Source: an uncultured Syntrophobacter sp. (GTDB lineage: Bacteria; Desulfobacterota; Binatia; UBA9968). From it: a stretch of DNA of 64,000 nucleotides. The position numbers and the translations under genes are program-made. Under the pieces are notes generated by a model. It worked only from the letters and a program-made list of their open reading frames with translations, searched no databases and was not told the origin of the DNA. Of this stretch, positions 9,931-19,253 are shown one piece after another (positions within the stretch are counted from its first letter, which is position 1; each line of letters opens with the position of its first letter). Location of the stretch: contig CAZILB010000002.1 of assembly GCA_964539925.1 (NCBI GenBank), forward strand, positions 178 through 64,177, read 5' to 3'.

Positions 9931-10479
9931 TCAATCGCCGATCGCGTACTCTCTATCCTTTAGAATGACTATGCCCGACACCGGCATGCGCTTGCGCATG
10001 GAATTGACCGTATGACAACCCCTGTCGGCGAGCTGGCCGACTTTTAAAACCTGCTCCAGCGGCGCGGTGCTCTTAATCGTAAACACGTAGCTCAGCCCCT
10101 GGGCCCCATCGGCAAAATTTCTAAGCGGAAATTTGCCGCTTAAGTCGTAGGTCATGCGCAGATCCATCTCGAGATCATCGATCGTCACTTGCGCCTTGGC
10201 GGCAAAACGCTTCAACTGGCTGAACATGCAAAAGCCTATGGATGCAATAAAATATTGCAGCGGCGACGGCCCTTTTCCGGCCTGCTTTTTAAAGTTTTCG
10301 TCGTCACAGTAGACCCTGCAATCTGCGGGTTGTTCGAGCTTGACCAGCGCTTCGTTGAGGCGAACAACGGCGCGCTGCTGCAAGAGATAACCATCCCCGC
10401 CTTCGGATGGCCGCTCCCGCGCTTCTTCATAGACAACCCGAAGTTTTCCGAGATCTATGGTTCCCGGAACCGTGCACAT
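9931..10479 (-). CDS. OsmC/Ohr-family peroxiredoxin-like protein
   Basis: 182 aa with an OsmC-type core (IASIGFCMFSQL ... GCHTVNS) carrying the two conserved cysteines. Confidence 0.65.
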   Translation of the reverse strand: MCTVPGTIDLGKLRVVYEEARERPSEGGDGYLLQQRAVVRLNEALVKLEQPADCRVYCDDENFKKQAGKGPSPLQYFIASIGFCMFSQLKRFAAKAQVTIDDLEMDLRMTYDLSGKFPLRNFADGAQGLSYVFTIKSTAPLEQVLKVGQLADRGCHTVNSMRKRMPVSGIVILKDREYAIGD

Positions 10480-10482
10480 GCG

Positions 10483-12708
10483 TCACTTGGCGCCGTGCAG
10501 CGCTTGGTAAATTTTTTCCGCTGTGATCGGCAGGCTCTTGATGCGCACGCCGCAGGCGTCTTCCACGGCATTGGCAATGGCCGCCGCCGTGGGTATATTG
10601 GCCGTCTCGCCGATCGGCATGCTGTTGTACGGCCCCGCGCCCTGCGGCTGCTCGGTGACCGACCCGCGAAACGACGGAATATCCTTGATGGTGGGCACCT
10701 TGTATTCCCCGAAATGCGTCGTCGCCACTTTGCCGTCGTTGACCACCACTTCTTCCATCAACGCATAGCCGATGCCGGTCATGCTGGCGCCTTCGATTTG
10801 CCCCTGATGCATCAACGGATTGAGCACCGTCCCGGTGTTATGTGTCGAGGTGAATCTCCTGAGGTCCACACGACCGGTTTCCGGGTCGACCTCCACTTCC
10901 GCAACCTGAACACACATCGATGCCGCATGAACCTTGGAACTATCGTTAAAACTTCCCTCCACCCGGATCGGCGCGCCGCTGGCTTTGACGATCTCGCCGT
11001 ACGTGAGACGCCGCTCCATGCGCGGGTGAAGCGCCGCCCCTTTAGCAAGCGTGATCTGATCCACAGGCACGTCCATCTGTCTCGCCGCCTCCTGCTTGAT
11101 CGCCTCCACCGCCTTGCGAGCGGCCTGGTAGCCCGCGTTGCCATAAACGCGCGTCGCGCGGCTGCCACCGACGCCGGTATCTTTCACGCCGCTCTGAGTG
11201 TCCAGTTGCTGAATCTTAATCTGGCTGAGCGGAATCTTGAGCTCTTCGGCGACGATTTCGCTCAAGACCGTGTAGGTGCCCGCTCCCTGATCCGCCATGG
11301 CGGAAGAAATGGTCGCCATCCCTTTGTCATCCAGCGAGATAGCCACCGTGCCGACACCGCCGGCTGCCGTCCACTGCACCAGAGCGATACCGCGACCGAC
11401 GTTTTTCGGTTTTGGTTTCAAATAACCGGAATCCTCCAGCGCCTTCTCGAGGGTCTCATGGGTTTTTATGTAGCTGTACTCTTCGCCCGTCGGATCGATA
11501 TCGCCGTCGTGCATGAAGTTTCTTTTGCGCAATTCGATCGGATCCATGGTCAGTCTTTTTGCGATCAGATCCATCTGGCTTTCGTTGGCGAAAAACCCCT
11601 GGGGGTCGCCGGGCGAGCGCATATGGCCGCAGGGGATCTTGTTCGTGTAGACCATATGTTCTTCGATCAACACATGCGGAATTCTGTAGGGCCCGGCGGA
11701 AAGGTGCGGCCCGTTGAGGAAAGCGTTGGGCTTAAACGCGCCGTAGGCGCCGCTGTCGAAAATAAAATTCATGTGATGGGCCACCAATGTGCCGTCTTTC
11801 TTGACGCCGGTTTTGACATGGATAATCGAGGCGTGCCGAGGATTGCCCGCGACAAACTCCTCCTCGTAGTCCATCACCAATTTAACCGGCCGACCGGCCT
11901 TCTTGGACAGGAGATACACCACGGCGAGATCCATGAAGTCGCCTTTGCCGCCGAAATCGCCGCCGATATAAACGGGGTTAAAGTTAAGCTTCTCTTGCGG
12001 CAGCTTGAGGGCGTTGGCGACCTGCTCGCGCACGCCGTAGGGGACCTTGCTGCAGGACCAGACTTCCGCCGAGCCGTCCGCCGCAGTGCTGACGACGCAG
12101 GAATGAGGCTCGATATAGCTTTGGTGCACCACGGGAGTTGTGAAAGTGTTTTCGACGATGATGTCCGCCTGGCGGAATCCGGCTTCGAGATCCCCTTTGC
12201 CCCAGGTGATATAGACGAAGTCGTTGGTCGGCTCCTTGAGCGGCTTGGGCAGGCCTTTGTAATTGACCACGTCGGGATGGAGCAGCTTGGCTCCCGGCTT
12301 GAGCGCCTCCACCGGATCGAACAAAGGTGCTGTTTCTTCGTACTCAACTTCGATCAAATTGACCGCCTCCTCGGCGATTTCCTCGCTTTCCGCCGCCACG
12401 GCGGCGACTTTTTCGCTGATGAAACGGACTTCGCCGTCGGCGAGGATCGGCATGTCGTAAAGGCGCCGGCCGATCTTCAATCCCGTACAGTCCCGTCCCG
12501 TCACCACCGCGTGGACACCGGGCAGAGCCTCCGCTTTGCTCGTGTCGATGGATTTGATCCGTCCCGACGCGATGGGGCTGCGCAAAAGTTTGCCCCATAA
12601 CAGGCCTGGCAAAATTACATCCACCGCGTATTTCGCCTCGCCGCTAACCTTCAGCTCGCCTTCTACCCTCGGGGTCGGATTGCCTACAACTTGCTTCGAC
12701 GATGCCAT
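10483..12708 (-). CDS. xanthine dehydrogenase/aldehyde oxidase family molybdopterin-binding (large) subunit
   Basis: About 740 aa with Ald_Xan_dh_C and Ald_Xan_dh_C2 type sequence (GGDFGGKG, PCGHMRSPGDPQG, TGVGGSRAT). Start at MASSKQVVGNPTPRVEG, the usual N-terminus of this family. No small (2Fe-2S) or medium (FAD) subunit genes adjacent. Confidence 0.85.
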   Translation of the reverse strand: MASSKQVVGNPTPRVEGELKVSGEAKYAVDVILPGLLWGKLLRSPIASGRIKSIDTSKAEALPGVHAVVTGRDCTGLKIGRRLYDMPILADGEVRFISEKVAAVAAESEEIAEEAVNLIEVEYEETAPLFDPVEALKPGAKLLHPDVVNYKGLPKPLKEPTNDFVYITWGKGDLEAGFRQADIIVENTFTTPVVHQSYIEPHSCVVSTAADGSAEVWSCSKVPYGVREQVANALKLPQEKLNFNPVYIGGDFGGKGDFMDLAVVYLLSKKAGRPVKLVMDYEEEFVAGNPRHASIIHVKTGVKKDGTLVAHHMNFIFDSGAYGAFKPNAFLNGPHLSAGPYRIPHVLIEEHMVYTNKIPCGHMRSPGDPQGFFANESQMDLIAKRLTMDPIELRKRNFMHDGDIDPTGEEYSYIKTHETLEKALEDSGYLKPKPKNVGRGIALVQWTAAGGVGTVAISLDDKGMATISSAMADQGAGTYTVLSEIVAEELKIPLSQIKIQQLDTQSGVKDTGVGGSRATRVYGNAGYQAARKAVEAIKQEAARQMDVPVDQITLAKGAALHPRMERRLTYGEIVKASGAPIRVEGSFNDSSKVHAASMCVQVAEVEVDPETGRVDLRRFTSTHNTGTVLNPLMHQGQIEGASMTGIGYALMEEVVVNDGKVATTHFGEYKVPTIKDIPSFRGSVTEQPQGAGPYNSMPIGETANIPTAAAIANAVEDACGVRIKSLPITAEKIYQALHGAK

Positions 12709-12804
12709 CGGAAGACCTCCTGCCGCCCGCGTTATTAATGCTTTCTTCGGTTGGCTTGCATCGCTCCCAAGCCAAGGAGGCGTTTCGAAGCGACGCAAAA
12801 GAGC

Positions 12805-12880
12805 TGGCTCCCCGGGAGGGACTCGAACCCCCGACCAATTGGTTAACAGCCAACTGCTCTACCGACTGAGCTACCGGGGA
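12805..12880 (-). tRNA. tRNA-Asn (anticodon GTT)
   Basis: Read on the minus strand: UCCCCGGUAGCUCAGUCGGUAGAGCAGUUGGCUGUUAACCAAUUGGUCGGGGGUUCGAGUCCCUCCCGGGGAGCCA. It has a 7-bp acceptor stem, D-loop AGUCGGUAGA, anticodon loop CUGUUAA, T-loop UUCGAGU and an encoded CCA end. Confidence 0.85.
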
Positions 12881-12932
12881 AATAATCCTGAACAGCCACC
12901 TCTTTTAACATACGAAATTTGCGAATTCTAGT

Positions 12933-13424
12933 TTAGCAGACTCCCATTTTCCTCAATTCTTCAAACATTCTGAGATGATGGGTCGCCGGCCAGTAGACCC
13001 GGCGGCAACCCGGACACCAAGAAAAATTCTCTTGGGTGGCGAATACGTAGGGCGGCACCTGCGATTCCACGGCTTTCTTTGCCTTGGGCTGCAGCACCTC
13101 GTTGCAGACGACGCAGCGGGTTAAAACAGCGGCGCCAACCTTCAGCCGGCAGGCTTCGATCACCTGGCGCACTTGATCGCGATAATGATCGCTTTCGATC
13201 AAAATATACGGCGGCGGACGCTTCTGCTTTAGACGCTGATCGCGGGTGAGGATAAGTCGTTCGTCGGCGCGCGCCGCCTGAATCAAACCATAGCCGGTCA
13301 AATGTTCACCGTAGATGACATCCTGTCCCATCACTCGCAACCACTTCGCTAGCCGGCCGAGCATCCGGTCGGCAGCAAATTTTGCTTCTGTCACGGCCGT
13401 TTCCGGTGATTTCCTTTTCTCCAA
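12933..13424 (-). CDS. Mut7-C RNase-domain (PIN-like) protein with C-terminal zinc ribbon
   Basis: 163 aa. N-terminal FAADRMLGRLAKWLRVMGQDV is the Mut7-C signature. C-terminal CVVCNEVL...CPGCRRVYW gives a CxxC...CxxC zinc ribbon. Confidence 0.7.
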   Translation of the reverse strand: MEKRKSPETAVTEAKFAADRMLGRLAKWLRVMGQDVIYGEHLTGYGLIQAARADERLILTRDQRLKQKRPPPYILIESDHYRDQVRQVIEACRLKVGAAVLTRCVVCNEVLQPKAKKAVESQVPPYVFATQENFSWCPGCRRVYWPATHHLRMFEELRKMGVC

Positions 13425-13453
13425 TTGATCCTGGTGCCCTAACTCTTTACCAT

Positions 13454-14920
13454 ATGCTCTACCGCATGTCCGCCAAGCAATCCATTACCCTTCTCATCGT
13501 GCTTTTCTGGTGCGCGATGAATGTTCTTTTGATCAAGCGCCAGATTGACGCGCCGCCCCCCCTGGTCACGCTCAGCGGTACGGAGAAAATTACCGAGAGC
13601 CTTGAGGAATGGTGGGGCGTCTTTTTCCGCGGCGAGAAGATCGGGTATGCGTCGCAGACGATCACCCCGAGACCGGAGGGCGGCTACACACTGACCCATC
13701 GATCGCTGCTCCATCTAAATCTGCTCGGTATGGTGCAGCCGGCGATGATGCGCTTGGAAATGGAAGCCAACGAAGACTGGATTCTTGAAAAATTCGATTT
13801 TGAATTGCATTCAAACGAAATCCGCTTCGGCGCTCGCGGCGCGCGGCACGACAACCAACTCGCGATGGAAGTCGAATCCGCCGGTCACAAATCCGCTCAC
13901 GCGATAACGCTGACCCAAGCGCCCTATCTGCTTTCGGCGCTTAAACCTTACGTCGTCACCCAGCAGTTGGAAACCGGGACGAAGCTCCATTTCCCAACCT
14001 TCGACCCCTCTACGCTGTCGCAGCATGTAACCACGGTCGTCATCGAAGGCCGGGAACAAATCCGTATCGGCGGGCGCATGGAACCCGCAATCAGGCTGCG
14101 GCAAAGTTTCCGCGGCATTTCCGTGGTTTCCTGGGTGGATGGCCGCGGGCGCACGCTGAAGGAAGAGTCGGCCGCGGGTTTGTCGATGTTGCGCCAGAGC
14201 GCCGAGGAAGCGAAAGATCTTCCCTCCCGCGGCATGTCGCTCGATATGATCGCCCAAACCGCCATTCCTGTGACAGCGCCGATCGCCGACGCGGGAAGCA
14301 AACAGGAGATCCAGCTCAGACTCAGCGGCATAAACCTCGACAGCTTCCCGCTCGACGGCGGACGCCAACGGCTCAATGGCGATCGTTTGGAAATTCGCCG
14401 CGAAGAACTGAAGAAAATCGGTGCGCAGAGCATCCCGGTCACGGACGCCCGCCTGGCGACCTATTTGCAGCCGACACCGTTTCTGCAATCCGACCACCCG
14501 AGGATTCGCACGCTCAGCGCGCAAATTTTACAAGGCGAAACCAACGCGCTAAGGGCCGCGTCAAAGATCAAAAACTGGGTCTATAGAGAAATCGCCAAGG
14601 AACCCACGGTGAGCATCCCCAATGCCTTGGAAGTGCTCGCGACTAGAAAGGGGGACTGCAATGAACACACGGTGTTGTTCAACGCCCTGGCCCGCGCCGC
14701 GGGCATCCCCGCGAAGACGGTCGTCGGCGTGGTTTATATGCGCGAGGCGTTTTACTACCACGCGTGGTCGGAAATCTGGATCGGAAAATGGGTCTCGCTC
14801 GACCCGGTCTTGAATCAATTCCCCGCGGATGTGACCCATGTCAAATTTCTCGAAGGCGAAATCGACCGGCAGATCGATATCTTACAACTGATCGGCAATC
14901 TCAAAGTAGAAGTCCTGTAG
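13454..14920 (+). CDS. membrane-anchored transglutaminase-like (Cys-His-Asp) superfamily protein
   Basis: N-terminal TM (ITLLIVLFWCAMNVLLI). C-terminal transglutaminase-core motif RKGDCNEHTVLFNALARAAGIPAKTVVGVVY...YHAWSEIWI...WVSLDP. Start at MLYRM rather than the ORF opening at 13382, which overlaps the Mut7-C gene. Confidence 0.7.
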   Translation: MLYRMSAKQSITLLIVLFWCAMNVLLIKRQIDAPPPLVTLSGTEKITESLEEWWGVFFRGEKIGYASQTITPRPEGGYTLTHRSLLHLNLLGMVQPAMMRLEMEANEDWILEKFDFELHSNEIRFGARGARHDNQLAMEVESAGHKSAHAITLTQAPYLLSALKPYVVTQQLETGTKLHFPTFDPSTLSQHVTTVVIEGREQIRIGGRMEPAIRLRQSFRGISVVSWVDGRGRTLKEESAAGLSMLRQSAEEAKDLPSRGMSLDMIAQTAIPVTAPIADAGSKQEIQLRLSGINLDSFPLDGGRQRLNGDRLEIRREELKKIGAQSIPVTDARLATYLQPTPFLQSDHPRIRTLSAQILQGETNALRAASKIKNWVYREIAKEPTVSIPNALEVLATRKGDCNEHTVLFNALARAAGIPAKTVVGVVYMREAFYYHAWSEIWIGKWVSLDPVLNQFPADVTHVKFLEGEIDRQIDILQLIGNLKVEVL

Positions 14921-14986
14921 AGCAAGGGAGCCAATTTGGATTTTCGATTTTGGAATTTGAATTCGCGGACACGGGGTCCTATCGTT

Positions 14987-15067
14987 GATCCAAAACCTGG
15001 GGTGAGCGAAGTCGAACCATCGGCAATCCAAAACCTGTACTGAGTGAAACCGAAGTATCCAAAATGG
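14987..15067. repeat. imperfect tandem repeat (about 38-bp unit, 2.3 copies) in the 5' region of the ABC-2 transporter operon
   Basis: ATCCAAAACCTG occurs at 14988 and 15026, with a partial ATCCAAAATGG at 15057. The intervening GAGCGAAGTCGAACC and GAGTGAAACCGAAGT are also related. Confidence 0.6.
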
Positions 15068-15068
15068 A

Positions 15069-15809
15069 ATGATTAAGCTCATCAACCTGACCAAACACTA
15101 CGGCGAACTAGCCGCCGTCGATGGACTGACCCTCGAAGTGCCGGCGGGACAGATCTTCGGTTTTCTCGGCCCCAACGGCGCCGGCAAAACCACCACCATC
15201 CGCGTCATGATGGGCATTCTCAAGGCCACCTCGGGGCATGTTTTGCTCGACGGCCATGACATCGTCGCCGAAGCCCGGAAGGCCAAGGCCGTGGCCGGTT
15301 TCATTCCCGACCGGCCGTTTATCTATGAGAAATTAAGCGGCTACGAATTTCTGGAATTTGTCGGCAAACTCCACAGCGTAAGGCCTGCCCGGCTCACGGC
15401 ACGCATCGCCGAACTGCTCGATCGTCTGGAATTAAGCCATTGGCAGAACGAGCTGGTCGAGAGCTATTCTCACGGCATGAAGCAGCGATTAGTGGTCTGT
15501 GCCGCACTGGTACATGAACCGCGCATCCTGATCGTGGATGAGCCGATGGTTGGTATGGACCCCAAAGGAACACGCACCCTCAAAGATTTATTCACCGGTC
15601 TCGCCCGGAACGGCACCACGGTCTTTCTCTCGACCCACAGCATCAGCGTTGCCGAGGAAATCTGCCACCGCATCGGAATCATCCAGAAGGGCCGTTTGAT
15701 CGCCTGCGGCGCCATGGCCGAACTTTACCGACAGGCGGTCGGCAACCATGGCAACCTGGAAAGCGTGTTCCTGGAGCTGACCCGCGAGCAGGAGCGGGAA
15801 CACTTGTGA
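15069..15809 (+). CDS. ABC transporter ATP-binding protein (ABC-2 type)
   Basis: Walker A GPNGAGKTT, signature SYSHGMKQRL, Walker B ILIVDEP, H-loop STHS. GTGA start/stop overlap with the downstream permease. Confidence 0.9.
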   Translation: MIKLINLTKHYGELAAVDGLTLEVPAGQIFGFLGPNGAGKTTTIRVMMGILKATSGHVLLDGHDIVAEARKAKAVAGFIPDRPFIYEKLSGYEFLEFVGKLHSVRPARLTARIAELLDRLELSHWQNELVESYSHGMKQRLVVCAALVHEPRILIVDEPMVGMDPKGTRTLKDLFTGLARNGTTVFLSTHSISVAEEICHRIGIIQKGRLIACGAMAELYRQAVGNHGNLESVFLELTREQEREHL

Positions 15810-17497
15810 ACACCGCTTCGCTCCTGCTTTCGCCGCTCTGGCTGACTTGGAAGAATAGTTTCTTCCGCGGCGGCGCCTCATGGACACGCCGACTGTTTCT
15901 TGCGGCTCTCGGCGCTGCCTTTTGGCTCGGCACCTATCTCGTAATCCGCCGCGTTTTGCGCTACTTCGAAACCGTTTATGACCTCGGCCCCGGTTTGGCC
16001 TTTCAGCTGTTGCTGATCATCCTGCTGACGTTTTTGTCCTTGCTGCTTTTCAGCAACCTGGTAGCCTCCTTATCCACCTTTTTTATGGCGCGCGATCTGG
16101 ACCTGATTTATTCAGCACCGGTTTCGTCCGACTCCTTCTTTTACGCGCGTCTGATCCACACCACTGTTAACTCGTCCTGGATGGTGCTTTTTTTCACGGT
16201 GCCGATTTTCGCCGCTTACGAATCGGTGTTTGGCGGCGGCTGGAAACTCTATTTCTGGATCGTCCTTATCTTGCCCTTGTTTCTCGCCATACCCGCCGCC
16301 CTCGGCGTCTTGGCCACCCACCTTCTGGTCTATTTACTGCCGGCCAAACGGATCCGCGACCTGCTTTTTTTCATCGGTCTTTTTGGCTTTCTGATCATTT
16401 ATTTTCTCTTTCGTTTTTCCCAGCCCGAACGCCTAGTGCAGCCGGAATCCTTCGGCAGCTTCATGCAATTTCTCGCCGCCATGGAAACACCGTCATCGCC
16501 CTTCTTGCCCAGCAGTTGGTCGGCGGAAATCTTGGGCGCCACACTGTTCAAGCGCGATACCAACGCAATTTTTTTCCTTGCCTTGCTCGGCAGCTACGCC
16601 CTGTTTCTACCGCTGGTGGCCTCGTGGGTCTCCGGAGCCGTCTATCTCGACGGCTGGTCCAAGGCCCAGGAGTCGCGCCAGGGCCGGCGCAAACTTGCCT
16701 GGCTCGACCGAACTCTGGATTGCCTGACGCGGCCATTTCCCGAATTTACCCGCGCCATCATGCTCAAGGACATTCGAACCTTTCTCCGCGACACCACCCA
16801 ATGGTCGCAGCTCTTTCTCTTGTTGGCCCTGATCGTCGTCTATCTTTACAATTTCAAGGTCTTGCCCATCGACCGTTCGCCGATGCCGGCGGGCACCCTC
16901 CGCATAATCGTCTCCTTCGCCAACCTCGCCCTGGCGGGTTTCGTTCTAAGCGCCATCGCGATCCGTTTCGCCTTTCCCGCCGTAAGTTTGGAAGGCAGGG
17001 CGTTTTGGATTCTGCAAACGTCGCCGGTTTCGCTGTGCTCGTTATTATGGAGCAAGTTCTGGCTGAATTTCGTACCGCTGCTCGTGCTCGGCGAGCTGCT
17101 GGTGTTTTTGAGCAACCTGCTTTTACGCGTGCCGTCCTGGATGATGGGTCTTTCGTTATTCACGGTGTTTTTGATGACCGCCGGCATCACGGCCATCGGC
17201 GTCGGCATCGGCGCCATGTACCCGAAGTTCCACTTCGACAACGCCGCGGAGATTCCCACTAGCTTTGGCGGCGCCGTCTGCATGATGGTCAGCGTTGCCT
17301 TCATCGGCGCCACCGTGATGATCGAAGCTTGGCCGATCTATCAGCTCACGCTCTCCGCGCTGCGTCCCGGTCGGATGATTACGCCGACGTTCTGGGTGAT
17401 TGCGCCGTCGGTGGCGATCGCTAGCTTGCTGACTTTCGCCGCGGTTGTAATATCCTTGCAGCTAGGGATAAGACGATTGGAGCGGTTGCGAGATTAA
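15806..17497 (+). CDS. ABC-2 family transporter permease (multi-TM, unknown substrate)
   Basis: 563-aa polytopic membrane protein, translationally coupled to the ATPase (GTGA overlap). Confidence 0.7.
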   Translation: MNTASLLLSPLWLTWKNSFFRGGASWTRRLFLAALGAAFWLGTYLVIRRVLRYFETVYDLGPGLAFQLLLIILLTFLSLLLFSNLVASLSTFFMARDLDLIYSAPVSSDSFFYARLIHTTVNSSWMVLFFTVPIFAAYESVFGGGWKLYFWIVLILPLFLAIPAALGVLATHLLVYLLPAKRIRDLLFFIGLFGFLIIYFLFRFSQPERLVQPESFGSFMQFLAAMETPSSPFLPSSWSAEILGATLFKRDTNAIFFLALLGSYALFLPLVASWVSGAVYLDGWSKAQESRQGRRKLAWLDRTLDCLTRPFPEFTRAIMLKDIRTFLRDTTQWSQLFLLLALIVVYLYNFKVLPIDRSPMPAGTLRIIVSFANLALAGFVLSAIAIRFAFPAVSLEGRAFWILQTSPVSLCSLLWSKFWLNFVPLLVLGELLVFLSNLLLRVPSWMMGLSLFTVFLMTAGITAIGVGIGAMYPKFHFDNAAEIPTSFGGAVCMMVSVAFIGATVMIEAWPIYQLTLSALRPGRMITPTFWVIAPSVAIASLLTFAAVVISLQLGIRRLERLRD

Positions 17498-17517
17498 TCC
17501 ATCCTGGGGAGGTCGCT

Positions 17518-18192
17518 GTGCAGCTCATTCACACCATCTACGAACCAGCCGGTTCCGGGCCGCATCCGACCTTGTTGACGTTGCACGGGCGCGGAGCCAA
17601 CGCGCTTGATCTTCTGGGACTTACCCCGATGCTTTGCGGCGGCAAGTTTCTCATGATCTGCCCCCAAGGACCGCTCGAAACGCCCATCGGACCGGAAGCC
17701 GTCGGCTATGCCTGGTATCCCATGAGCATGGGCGGCCCGCCGGACGTGGATGCAATACTGTCCTCGCAGAAAAAGCTCATTGCGTTTCTCGACGAGTGCA
17801 TGAGACGTTACCCGATCGACGCCAAGAAAATCGCCTTGCTCGGCTTCAGCCAGGGCGGTGTAATGTCCTACAGTCTTGCCCTGGCGCTGCCAGAACGCTT
17901 CGCCGCGCTCGCGGTACTGAGCAGTTGGCTGCCGAAGGAGCTCGTAGAACGACTCCAGGTCAGCGATGACGTTCAGTCCCTGCCGACATTGGTGCAGCAC
18001 GGCACCCAAGATCCGCTGATCGAAGTTACCCGCGCGCGAAATTCAATGGAACAGCTCCGCACGCTCCGCCTGCCGCTTACCTACCGGGAATATGAAATGG
18101 GCCACGAAATTCGGCCGAGAAGTCTTTCCGACCTCTCGGCCTGGTTGCAGGAAAACCTAGGGGCGACCGGCCGGTCGTCCCTACGAGGATGA
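17518..18192 (+). CDS. phospholipase/carboxylesterase-family alpha/beta hydrolase
   Basis: GFSQGG nucleophile elbow, upstream HGRG oxyanion region and C-terminal His. About 224 aa, typical of PF02230 esterases. GTG start with GGGGAGG RBS. Confidence 0.75.
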   Translation: MQLIHTIYEPAGSGPHPTLLTLHGRGANALDLLGLTPMLCGGKFLMICPQGPLETPIGPEAVGYAWYPMSMGGPPDVDAILSSQKKLIAFLDECMRRYPIDAKKIALLGFSQGGVMSYSLALALPERFAALAVLSSWLPKELVERLQVSDDVQSLPTLVQHGTQDPLIEVTRARNSMEQLRTLRLPLTYREYEMGHEIRPRSLSDLSAWLQENLGATGRSSLRG

Positions 18193-18229
18193 AACCGATA
18201 ATTTAGGATTACTTGCGCGCGCATGTAAC

Positions 18230-19084
18230 TCACATGTTTTTCGCCATCGCTTCGAGCCGTTCGACGCGCTTTTCCATCGCCGGGTGGGTGCTAAAGAGCG
18301 AGGCCATACCGCCGCCGCTTAACGGGTTGACGATAAACATGTGGGCAGTCGAATTGGCTGTGGCATCGTTCACCTGGAGCGGGATTCTCTCCGCGCCCAT
18401 GTGCAGCTTACGCAGCGCGCTGGCCAGCGCCAGCGGATCGCCGGTGATCTTCGCGCCACCCTCGTCAGCCAGGTATTCGCGCGAGCGCGACACCGCCATC
18501 TGAATCAACATCGCCGCCATCGGCGCGACGATCATCATGAACAACAATCCAAAGATGTTGCCGCCGCCTTCACGGCGGCCGCCGCCAAAGATCGCCGCCC
18601 ACTGCGCCATGTAGGCCAGGTAGCTGATCGCGCCGGCAAGCGTCGCCGCGATGGTGCTGACCAGAATATCGCGGTGCTTCACGTGCGAAAGCTCGTGACC
18701 GAGCACTCCCGCCAGTTCTCGTTTGTTGAGAATTCGCCGGATGCCTTGCGTGACGGCCACCGCGGCATTCTGGGGATTGCGTCCGGTGGCAAATGCATTA
18801 GGCGTCTCCTCGGGAATGACGTAAACCTTCGGCATGGGCAAGCCCGCCCTGGCAGCCAAGTCTTGGACCATGCGGTAAAGCTCAGGGTCATCGCTGGCGG
18901 TGACTTGCTGTCCGCGGTACATCTTGAGGACGATTTTGTCGCTGAACCAGTAGCTGAAAAAGTTCATGGCACCGGCCATGACCAATGCGATGACCGCTCC
19001 GTTGGTGCCGCCAAACATATGTCCGATCCAGACTACCAGCGCAGTTAAGAGCGCCAGGAGAATCGTGGTTCGAAAACTATTCAT
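18230..19084 (-). CDS. htpX: zinc metalloprotease HtpX
   Basis: Two N-terminal TMs, [10 protein letters not shown] (HExxH) zinc site, second TM pair and downstream Glu ligand (EYLADE). 284 aa. Confidence 0.9.
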   Translation of the reverse strand: MNSFRTTILLALLTALVVWIGHMFGGTNGAVIALVMAGAMNFFSYWFSDKIVLKMYRGQQVTASDDPELYRMVQDLAARAGLPMPKVYVIPEETPNAFATGRNPQNAAVAVTQGIRRILNKRELAGVLGHELSHVKHRDILVSTIAATLAGAISYLAYMAQWAAIFGGGRREGGGNIFGLLFMMIVAPMAAMLIQMAVSRSREYLADEGGAKITGDPLALASALRKLHMGAERIPLQVNDATANSTAHMFIVNPLSGGGMASLFSTHPAMEKRVERLEAMAKNM

Positions 19085-19253
19085 CTGTGTTCCTCCTATG
19101 CCATTAATCCTACGAAATAGGCAACTTAAGTCAACATCGCTATTCTTTGCTTGGCAATTTGCGTACGCGCCAGCGAGATTTCAAGGGCCACGCTTACGAA
19201 TTGGCAGAATTTCGCATAATATCGCACATATAAAAAGACGAAGGAGCGGAAAC

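Noticed and set aside
10189-12600. 803-aa ORF on the + strand (and similar long ORFs: 24699-26486 minus, 6990-8096 plus, 18341-19048 plus, 36008-36916 plus, 53707-54501 minus)
   Set aside because: All lie antisense to strongly supported genes (xanthine-DH subunit, typA, secD, htpX, purN, infB). They are Arg/Gly/Ala-rich with no motifs and are the usual stop-codon-poor antisense frames of high-GC DNA.
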